A DNA stretch of 64,000 bases from a virus (lineage: Duplodnaviria; Caudoviricetes). The notes under the pieces were generated by a model that saw only the letters and a list, made by a program, of their open reading frames with translations, was not told the DNA's origin and searched no databases. Where the stretch lies: positions 6,466-70,465 of IMG/VR virus record IMGVR_UViG_3300017700_000738. One strand, written 5' to 3'. Below are positions 16,769-22,548 of the stretch, piece after piece. Every line of letters starts with the position of its first letter. Position 1 is the stretch's first letter. The position numbers were made by a program, and so were the translations under genes.

Positions 16769-17115
16769 TGAAGATCATCGCGAAGTATCTGCCGATGAAG
16801 GAGCCGCAGACGCCGTTGCTGCAGCTTTACATCCACGACGCGCCGCATCGGCGCATGCACATCAAGGTGATCCAGCAATACCGGGTCTTCCTGCATACGG
16901 CGATAGCGAAGGTCGGCGTCGCGCTGCCGATACAGCATGAAATCGATCTGGATGTCCTGTTCGTCAATCCGTCCACTCCCGACCTTGGCAATGCCTATCT
17001 GGCATTGGAGCAGGCGCTGGACGACAAGACGTTGACCAAGCCGGGCATCGTGCTCGACGACAGTCTTATCCAGAAGGTCACCATGTCGAAGTTCTTCCCG
17101 AACCCGAAAAAGTAA
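16768..17115 (+). CDS. RusA-like protein inside the tRNA array
   Basis: 115 aa; PDLGNAYLALEQALDD...GIVLDDSLI resembles RusA PDxDN...DD. Confidence 0.6.
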   Translation: MKIIAKYLPMKEPQTPLLQLYIHDAPHRRMHIKVIQQYRVFLHTAIAKVGVALPIQHEIDLDVLFVNPSTPDLGNAYLALEQALDDKTLTKPGIVLDDSLIQKVTMSKFFPNPKK

Positions 17116-17116
17116 C

Positions 17117-17192
17117 GGTCCCCGAGCCGGATGGACAAGGCACCGCCCTCCGAAGGCGGAGATACGGCGTTCGAATCGCCGGGGGATCACCA
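17117..17192 (+). tRNA. trnR: tRNA-Arg(CCG)
   Basis: CCGCC-CTCCGAA-GGCGG. Confidence 0.9.
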
Positions 17193-17196
17193 ATAC

Positions 17197-17287
17197 GGAG
17201 GAGAGAAGCGGTCGGGGTACCGTCGCGGTCTCGAAAACCGAGGGTGGGCGCAAGTCCATGGAGTTCGAATCTACCCCTCCTCCGCCA
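17197..17287 (+). tRNA. trnS: tRNA-Ser(CGA), long variable arm
   Basis: CGGT-CTCGAAA-ACCG; G73. Confidence 0.85.
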
Positions 17288-17289
17288 CC

Positions 17290-17318
17290 TTGGCAGCCGG
17301 CTCCCGGTTTGCTATATG
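17290..17318 (+). promoter_or_regulatory. Possible internal promoter in the tRNA array
   Basis: TTGGCA-N17-TATATG preceded by GC (alphaproteobacterial-type -10). Confidence 0.35.
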
Positions 17319-17457
17319 CACGAATGTCGCGTCGGGGCTACGCTTTAGCCAAGCCTATGGTCCGGTGCAGGCTGGCTTCCTGTCGGCGCGGCGCTCACTT
17401 CTCTATCGATCACGGATGTACTGACGATACGCGCACGAGTTCAAGCGGCGCACCAAT

Positions 17458-17534
17458 TGCGGGATGGAGCAGTGGTCAGCTCGGCAGTCTCATAAACTGC
17501 AGGTCGTCGGTTCGAATCCGGCTCTCCGCAACCA
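17458..17534 (+). tRNA. Initiator-like tRNA-Met(CAU), atypical
   Basis: fMet-like D-arm GAGC-AGTGGTCA-GCTC (A11:U24); GCAGT-CTCATAA-ACTGC. Confidence 0.8.
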
Positions 17535-17610
17535 TGTCACCGAAAAGTCGCCGCCCTTTAAGGCGTGTGGCCTGCGAACGGGCTCGCGAGATCGAGAGAT
17601 AGGGGCACCA
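17535..17610 (+). pseudogene. Degenerate type II tRNA-like element
   Basis: CGCC-CTTTAA-GGCG, GCCTG-CGAA-CGGGC variable arm, ends GCACCA; D- and T-arms do not fold. Confidence 0.45.
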
Positions 17611-17617
17611 TTTTTTT

Positions 17618-17703
17618 CCCTCAGTATCCCGCTAAGGACGCGGAGCCGACTGTAAATCGGAGGCCTGCGGGCTGGCGAGGATCGTTACCTCGATGGGGGA
17701 CCA
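17618..17703 (+). tRNA. trnY: tRNA-Tyr(GUA)
   Basis: CCGA-CTGTAAA-TCGG, variable arm, A73. Confidence 0.8.
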
Positions 17704-17704
17704 T

Positions 17705-17778
17705 GCGGACATAGGTTAATGGTAGACTTGGAGTGTGCCACACTTCGTGCGGGAGTTCGATTCTCCCTGTCCGCGCCA
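17705..17778 (+). tRNA. trnG: tRNA-Gly(GCC), G73
   Basis: GGAGT-GTGCCAC-ACTTC; GCGGACA/TGTCCGC. Confidence 0.8.
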
Positions 17779-17796
17779 ATTAAGAGGTTTGATCGC

Positions 17797-17943
17797 ATGA
17801 GATGCTTTTATGGCCCCGGAAACGATGATGATCGTACTTGCGGTCCTTGCGAGGCATGCGGCCGAGAGGCCGTCTTGGATCAATCCTATTCCGGTAAGAA
17901 TCGCGGGAAATTTGTCTGCGATGAATGCCGTGACGCCCAGTAA
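17797..17943 (+). CDS. Small zinc-finger-like protein
   Basis: AAGAGGT SD; MRCFYGPGNDDDRTCGPCEACGREAVLDQSYSGKNRGKFVCDECRDAQ (two CxxC). Confidence 0.7.
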   Translation: MRCFYGPGNDDDRTCGPCEACGREAVLDQSYSGKNRGKFVCDECRDAQ

Positions 17944-18010
17944 GCTAATCTATTGAAAGCGCCGAGCTGAAGCCTCGGAGAGCGTGGGGAGGAACCACGA
18001 CTGGGCACCA
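17935..18010 (+). tRNA. trnF: tRNA-Phe(GAA), divergent loops
   Basis: GCCCAGT/ACTGGGC; CCGAG-CTGAAGC-CTCGG; CGTGG-GGAGGAA-CCACG. Confidence 0.75.
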
Positions 18011-18081
18011 TTTTCGGAGGTTCTATGGAAAAGGGGACCTTCAGCGATCACCGGTGCTATTGCTGCGCACCGGAGCCAATT

Positions 18082-18153
18082 GGGGAGCGCGCCGGGGCGC
18101 TGCCGAACCTTGCAAGTTTGGCCGGGAGGGATCAACACCCTCGCTCTCCACCA
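18082..18153 (+). tRNA. trnA: tRNA-Ala(UGC), reduced D-arm
   Basis: G3:U70; GCCGAAC-CTTGCAA-GTTTGGC. Confidence 0.75.
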
Positions 18154-18155
18154 AG

Positions 18156-18234
18156 TTCGGTCAAGCCAAGCAAGGTGCAAGGACCCGCCTGTTAAGCGGT
18201 GATTAGCCCGGTTCGATTCCGGGGACCGGAGCCA
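18156..18234 (+). tRNA. trnN: tRNA-Asn(GUU)
   Basis: CCGC-CTGTTAA-GCGG; U1, G73. Confidence 0.9.
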
Positions 18235-18238
18235 ATAT

Positions 18239-18313
18239 GCTGTCGTCGTCTACTGGCTAGGATGCTGGGTTCTCAACCCGGTGAAGCGGGATCGAAACCC
18301 GCCGACAGCGCCA
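18239..18313 (+). tRNA. trnE: tRNA-Glu(CUC)
   Basis: CTGGG-TTCTCAA-CCCGG. Confidence 0.9.
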
Positions 18314-18314
18314 T

Positions 18315-18396
18315 GCACGCGTATCCCCCCTGATTACGAATCAGGACAAAGGTAACCGGAAGGCAGATGCGGGTTCGAATCCTGCCGCGTGCTCCA
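18315..18396 (+). tRNA. trnR: tRNA-Arg(ACG) with non-canonical topology
   Basis: Perfect acceptor, CCTGA-TTACGAA-TCAGG and T-arm; only 7 nt between acceptor and anticodon arm. Confidence 0.7.
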
Positions 18397-18401
18397 ATCA
18401 T

Positions 18402-18479
18402 CTGCGTGTAGCTCAGTCTGGTCAGAGTACGTCGTTCGGAACGACGGGGTCGCAGGATCGAAGCCTGCCACGCAGACCA
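18402..18479 (+). tRNA. trnP: tRNA-Pro(CGG)
   Basis: CGTCG-TTCGGAA-CGACG; C1:G72. Confidence 0.9.
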
Positions 18480-18483
18480 TTAC

Positions 18484-18557
18484 GCCCGCTTCGTATAACG
18501 GCAGTACACCGCTCTCTGAAAGCGGTAGCGTTGGATCGACACCAGCAGCGGGTGCCA
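18484..18557 (+). tRNA. trnQ: tRNA-Gln(CUG)
   Basis: CCGCT-CTCTGAA-AGCGG. Confidence 0.9.
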
Positions 18558-18562
18558 TTTAC

Positions 18563-18636
18563 CACGGTGTGGCCGAGTGACTAGGCAGCGGATTGCAACC
18601 CCGCGTAGGCCAGTTAAAATCTGGCCACCGTGTCCA
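18563..18636 (+). tRNA. trnC: tRNA-Cys(GCA)
   Basis: Loop TTGCAAC; U73. Confidence 0.85.
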
Positions 18637-18637
18637 T

Positions 18638-18714
18638 GCTTCCGTAGCTCAGTGGACAGAGCGCCGGTCTTCTACACCGGGTCGTCGGGTGTTCGAATCA
18701 TCCCGGAAGCGCCA
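18638..18714 (+). tRNA. trnR: tRNA-Arg(UCU)
   Basis: CCGGT-CTTCTAC-ACCGG. Confidence 0.9.
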
Positions 18715-18717
18715 TTT

Positions 18718-18794
18718 CTCGCCGTAGCTCAACTGGACAGAGCCACCGCCTCCTAAGCGGTTGCGTGGGCGTTCGAGTCGTCCCGGTGAGGCCA
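18718..18794 (+). tRNA. trnR: tRNA-Arg(CCU)
   Basis: ACCGC-CTCCTAA-GCGGT. Confidence 0.9.
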
Positions 18795-18799
18795 ACCAT

Positions 18800-18887
18800 G
18801 GAAGGTCAACCAGCAAGGCGCTGGCGGCCCCTGCTAAGGGCATGGCGCCGGCAACGGCGTGGTGATCGTGTCTCCGGCCTTCCGCCA
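18800..18887 (+). tRNA. trnS: tRNA-Ser(GCU), long variable arm
   Basis: GCCC-CTGCTAA-GGGC; GCGCCG-GCAA-CGGCGT. Confidence 0.85.
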
Positions 18888-18891
18888 TTTC

Positions 18892-18965
18892 GCGTGCTTA
18901 GTTTAGAGGTAAAATTCTGCGCTTCCAACGCAGCGTCCCGGGTTCGATTCCCGGAGCCCGCGCCA
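18892..18965 (+). tRNA. trnG: tRNA-Gly(UCC), G73
   Basis: CTGCG-CTTCCAA-CGCAG. Confidence 0.85.
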
Positions 18966-18966
18966 T

Positions 18967-19041
18967 CCTGTGTTCGTCTACTGGCTAGGATCACGCTCTT
19001 TCACAGCGTAGAAGCGGGATCGATACCCGCACACAGGGCCA
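18967..19041 (+). tRNA. trnE: tRNA-Glu(UUC)
   Basis: ACGCT-CTTTCAC-AGCGT. Confidence 0.9.
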
Positions 19042-19046
19042 ATTGA

Positions 19047-19117
19047 TGCGGCACCTCCGGTGAGGGGTGGGGCCTTTGAAGCCCTGCAGCTCGGTTCGAC
19101 ACCGAGTGCCGCTGCCA
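19047..19117 (+). tRNA. trnQ: tRNA-Gln(UUG)
   Basis: GGGGC-CTTTGAA-GCCCT; 1-72 mismatch. Confidence 0.8.
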
Positions 19118-19137
19118 GCATCTCCGCTGGTACGCGA

Positions 19138-19208
19138 CCCGATGCCTCCGGCGAGGACACCGCTCTCATAAGGCGGTCAGGGTGCGTCGGCAGCACCCTT
19201 CGGGACCA
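19138..19208 (+). tRNA. tRNA-Met or Ile2 (CAU), divergent T-loop
   Basis: CCGCT-CTCATAA-GGCGG; T-loop GTCGGCA. Confidence 0.75.
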
Positions 19209-19213
19209 TTCAT

Positions 19214-19289
19214 GCCAACTAGGCCGATCAGGTGATGGCGCGGGTTTGTGGAGCCCGAGAGGCTGGATCGATACCAGCAGTTGGTACCA
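19214..19289 (+). tRNA. trnH: tRNA-His(GUG), A73, no G-1
   Basis: CGGGT-TTGTGGA-GCCCG. Confidence 0.9.
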
Positions 19290-19293
19290 ATAT

Positions 19294-19368
19294 GCGAGCG
19301 AGGTGTTACGGCAGCATCCCGGTCTCCAAAACCGTGGGGAGCAAGTTCAATTCTTGCCGCTCGTGCCA
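19294..19368 (+). tRNA. trnW: tRNA-Trp(CCA)
   Basis: CGGT-CTCCAAA-ACCG; G73. Confidence 0.9.
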
Positions 19369-19369
19369 A

Positions 19370-19609
19370 TCAGTCGAAGCCGTACATGATCTTGCGCGCG
19401 TCTTGCATCGTTGTGGCCTCAAAATCGGTTCCGTCATCGAACGCGAATCCGAATACGATGTTTTCTTTGCCGTCCGCGATCCGATTGCTGACGCGATGTC
19501 TTTGGTGGGCGCTCATGCCGTCAAATGCGGCCTTGATCGCATCCATGTGGCGAGGGCTCCCCACATAGACCTTCCTTCTGAACAAAACAGCAGGCTGCTT
19601 GGCCATCAC
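19370..19609 (-). CDS. Hypothetical protein
   Basis: 79 aa, last gene of the leftward operon. Confidence 0.55.
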   Translation of the reverse strand: MMAKQPAVLFRRKVYVGSPRHMDAIKAAFDGMSAHQRHRVSNRIADGKENIVFGFAFDDGTDFEATTMQDARKIMYGFD

Positions 19610-19785
19610 AGGCGCGACGGCTTGACCGACTCGACTTCCCAGTCCACGACCTCGCCGCCGGTCTCGTCGTCCTGCACATCGTCGGTGAACTCAGTCAGCT
19701 TCTGGCGTGCCTCCTCGGCATCCTTGGCCTCGACAGACCAAGTCTCCATGTGGACGACGCGCACAAGGGCATCAAACATCGGCAT
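19606..19785 (-). CDS. Small acidic hypothetical protein
   Basis: MPMFDALV... with AGAGGAGA SD; 3' part of track ORF 19606-20076. Confidence 0.65.
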   Translation of the reverse strand: MPMFDALVRVVHMETWSVEAKDAEEARQKLTEFTDDVQDDETGGEVVDWEVESVKPSRL

Positions 19786-19801
19786 ATCGATCTCCTCTAT
19801 G

Positions 19802-19831
19802 AGCCGCCCGGCATCCCCGGGCGGCTTTTTT
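19802..19831 (+). terminator. Rho-independent terminator (plus strand)
   Basis: AGCCGCCCGG-CATCC-CCGGGCGGCT followed by T-run. Confidence 0.75.
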
Positions 19832-19835
19832 CGTT

Positions 19836-20057
19836 TCAGGACCTCTGCCGGATGAACTCTTGGGCAGCGGAGACATATTCGCGCCAGTGTCGATCCACGT
19901 ACCGGTCGACCTCGTGCGCCCATCCGGTGCGATTCCCCCGGGAGTTGGCGACGGTGATCAGGTTGCCGCCCGGTTCCCGATAGAGCGGCTGCTGGCCGTG
20001 CCAGAACGCGAGGAGCCGCGCGAAGTGCTCCTCGGCGATTGTGGGGTCGTCCATCAC
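19836..20057 (-). CDS. Hypothetical protein
   Basis: 73 aa, coupled to upstream gene. Confidence 0.55.
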   Translation of the reverse strand: MMDDPTIAEEHFARLLAFWHGQQPLYREPGGNLITVANSRGNRTGWAHEVDRYVDRHWREYVSAAQEFIRQRS

Positions 20058-20545
20058 CGGGTGACGATGTTGCCACGGTGCGGATCGCGTCCCCAGTCCA
20101 CAGCGGGGGGCACCTGAGAGCCTATCCCGGCCCCGGAGCCTCCGGTGCCCAGAACCGGTTCGACGCGCTGTAGGATGTCCTGCGCGGCCTCTCCGGCGGC
20201 TTCCAGCTCCTGACGCTCCTCGGCCTTGTCCGCCGGCTCGACCGCGCGGGTGGCCTCTATGCCGTTCTGGATCGACTGTTTGACGGCGCCGGCAATCACA
20301 TCGTTGATCGAGAGCAACCGTCCGAGGAGCGTGGAGGCAATGGAACTGAGGCGCACGCGCTCGGCCTCGGATCGCTCCAGTGCCTCACGAAGCATCCCGG
20401 CCTCGGCCGTGAGGCCGGCGTTCTGGGCACGGAGAACTTCACCCTCCACCCGGGAGAGGCGAACGACCTCCTCCATGCGCTGGTAATCAGCAAATGCTTT
20501 CTGGAGCGGATTCTGCTCCATGGACGGAACTGGGGTATTGCTCAT
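20054..20545 (-). CDS. Coiled-coil hypothetical protein
   Basis: Start MSNTP at 20545 after GAAGG. Confidence 0.65.
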   Translation of the reverse strand: MSNTPVPSMEQNPLQKAFADYQRMEEVVRLSRVEGEVLRAQNAGLTAEAGMLREALERSEAERVRLSSIASTLLGRLLSINDVIAGAVKQSIQNGIEATRAVEPADKAEERQELEAAGEAAQDILQRVEPVLGTGGSGAGIGSQVPPAVDWGRDPHRGNIVTR

Positions 20546-20835
20546 TTGGTCATCACCTTCTTGAATGCTGAGTGGAGTTCGAGCATCACCGTCGTCGACC
20601 ACTCATCGAGCGGGGTGATGTTGGTATAGACCACCGAGGCCGTGGCCAAGCGGACGTAGAGGGGGCGCGTCGCGTCGCCGCATTTGCGAACGAAGCCGCG
20701 TTCACATAGCCACTTCAGCGCATCCTCGATGTTCTTCTGGGAGAACTTGTGCACCATGGAGTGCAGCAGGTCGCGCTCATAGCGACCGTTGCGCGGGATG
20801 TTTTCGAATACGGCTTTGGTGGCCTGTTGATTCAC
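20542..20835 (-). CDS. Hypothetical winged-helix-like protein
   Basis: 97 aa; IEDALKWLCERGFVRK. Confidence 0.55.
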   Translation of the reverse strand: MNQQATKAVFENIPRNGRYERDLLHSMVHKFSQKNIEDALKWLCERGFVRKCGDATRPLYVRLATASVVYTNITPLDEWSTTVMLELHSAFKKVMTK

Positions 20836-21422
20836 TTGAACTTCTCCAATGCCTCGTCTCGGGCTCGCACGAGAGCACCCATATCTGTCGGCATGCCGCG
20901 ATGGTCTAGCAGTTCGGCCGCGCGTGCCTTGAAATGGCGTCTAATGACCTCGACTGTCACAGTCTCGCGTCGGCCATCTACGCCGAGGACCGTCCAGCAA
21001 TCGTCCGGTGCTGGAAGTGCCGTGAAGCCGTCGAACGCGCGCTCCAGCATGGTGGCGCCGCCATGGCGTTCCATCTGGCGCAGACCCTCGATAGCCATGG
21101 TGAGGGAGCGCATGTTGCCTAGCACCGTCCAGAACCGATCCTGCGCCATCACCAGCGACTTGCCGTTGCGGGTGAAGTAGACCGCCACCCCGACGTCCGG
21201 GATCGACCGCTCCTGTGCGTACGGATAACCGTCCTTGCGCACCGGCTGATTGGTCGAGACCACGATGTTTTTGGCCCCGATTCGGCGCAGCTCGTCGACC
21301 AGTCCGCCGAACACGCGATCCCACCGATAGGTCGGCCCCTTGAATCGGGTGTCGCTGTCGCGTTCGCCCTTGTGGCGGGGCCACCCGGGAGGCCAGTTAA
21401 GTGGATATGCGTCGGCCGACAT
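20832..21422 (-). CDS. Phage J-domain-associated protein (degenerate J domain)
   Basis: YPLNWPPGWPR N-terminus, AFDGFTALPAP, CWTVLGV C-terminal J-like helices without HPD. Confidence 0.65.
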   Translation of the reverse strand: MSADAYPLNWPPGWPRHKGERDSDTRFKGPTYRWDRVFGGLVDELRRIGAKNIVVSTNQPVRKDGYPYAQERSIPDVGVAVYFTRNGKSLVMAQDRFWTVLGNMRSLTMAIEGLRQMERHGGATMLERAFDGFTALPAPDDCWTVLGVDGRRETVTVEVIRRHFKARAAELLDHRGMPTDMGALVRARDEALEKFK

Positions 21423-22033
21423 CAGTCTTTTCCTCGCTCATAGGGGTCCTTCACGGCCGGAAACTCGTCGGCGTCGCGCAGTCGCCGCAGAATCTCCAGA
21501 GCGCTGCGGGCATCGCCGATGGCGGTATGTCCATCACCACCCTGCTCGATGCCGTAATAGGCGCACGCCTCGGCCAGCTTCGGGGCCTTCTTCTTCCCGG
21601 CCTCGGTGCGGGCGTCGACCGTCTTCCGGCACCCCTGCATGCAGCAGATATAGCGGGACTGCATGTAGCGATCCGGGAGACCGGCGTGGCGCAGTTCGGC
21701 GCGCAGGCTCTTGAGATCGTGGAGCACATTGAAGCCGACGATAATGCGCCGGTCGTCGATGGCGCCGCCATAGATGCGCAGTGCTTCCTCGATACCGACA
21801 CCCTCGTCCATCAGGCGCTCGTGCGTGAGGCCATTGACCTTGGCTGCGTCCGAGTTGTTGTCGAACGTCCAGCCGTTCGGCTTGATCAGGAAGCTGTGCT
21901 CCTGCTGGACCTCCAGATTGCCGTCCGTCAGGATCAGGCCGACCGCCGCGACGCGGGGTTGTCCCGGCGCATCGGCTGGCTTGGTGTAATCAAAAAGGCC
22001 ACTGCCCTCGGTGTCTGCGATGATGTAGTTCAT
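21422..22033 (-). CDS. DEDDh 3'-5' exonuclease (Pol III epsilon-like)
   Basis: ADTEGSG, GFNVLHD, HTAIGDA motifs. Confidence 0.85.
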   Translation of the reverse strand: MNYIIADTEGSGLFDYTKPADAPGQPRVAAVGLILTDGNLEVQQEHSFLIKPNGWTFDNNSDAAKVNGLTHERLMDEGVGIEEALRIYGGAIDDRRIIVGFNVLHDLKSLRAELRHAGLPDRYMQSRYICCMQGCRKTVDARTEAGKKKAPKLAEACAYYGIEQGGDGHTAIGDARSALEILRRLRDADEFPAVKDPYERGKD

Positions 22034-22548
22034 GATGCCCTCCCGGCATTTTGCTCAAGTCGTTTACGGGTCACCGCCAATAATTCGGCGATGGTATCGA
22101 GGACGTCGGTCTTCGACCGCTGGAAGTCGTCCTTGCCCATAGCTTTCACGGACTGGGACTTCGCCGTGTACTTCTTTATGACGTTCTCCTTGACCACGAT
22201 GATCGTGCCCTCGGAGTTTCCCATAAACGCCGCGATGGTGCGGGCCTGCTCTGGGCTATCGCAGACGACGTGGTTCTCGGTGTGCCACCCGGATCGGATC
22301 AGCGCCCAATGGCGCAGCGCCTCGGGTGTCTGGAAACGGGTTTCCCCCTCCGGCAGATTGTCGAAGGCGGTCTTAATGGCCGCGAAATAGTGGCGGTGGC
22401 TGGCGTCCGAGCGCTCCTCGTGACGCTCGAACGTGACGATCTCACCCTCACCGAACGTCTCGTGGCAATACGGCACGATTCGGTTGTGAGGGAGGAACAC
22501 GCCTTCACGCCACTGCATCTGGAAGTGTTTCGGGGCCGGATGGGTCAT
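22030..22548 (-). CDS. NinB/DUF1367-like recombination accessory protein
   Basis: RSDASHRHYFA...EALRHWALIRSG. Confidence 0.5.
   Translation of the reverse strand: MTHPAPKHFQMQWREGVFLPHNRIVPYCHETFGEGEIVTFERHEERSDASHRHYFAAIKTAFDNLPEGETRFQTPEALRHWALIRSGWHTENHVVCDSPEQARTIAAFMGNSEGTIIVVKENVIKKYTAKSQSVKAMGKDDFQRSKTDVLDTIAELLAVTRKRLEQNAGRAS

Noticed and set aside
17553-17566. Possible ochre suppressor anticodon (TTA) in CGCC-CTTTAA-GGCG
   Set aside because: Loop is 6 nt and D/T arms do not fold; no sign of stop-codon recoding, as genes end normally at TAA/TAG/TGA
15005-19368. tmRNA, RNase P RNA, tRNA-Sec or group I intron in the array
   Set aside because: No tag frame with Ala acceptor, no P4 or P/Q/R/S signatures, no UCA anticodon; permuted elements are too short for self-splicing introns
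15072-19855. Track ORFs overlapping the tRNA array (e.g. 15072-15554, 17258-17602, 19232-19855)
   Set aside because: They are translations of tRNA sequence (GFEP, GSIP, RFDS strings)
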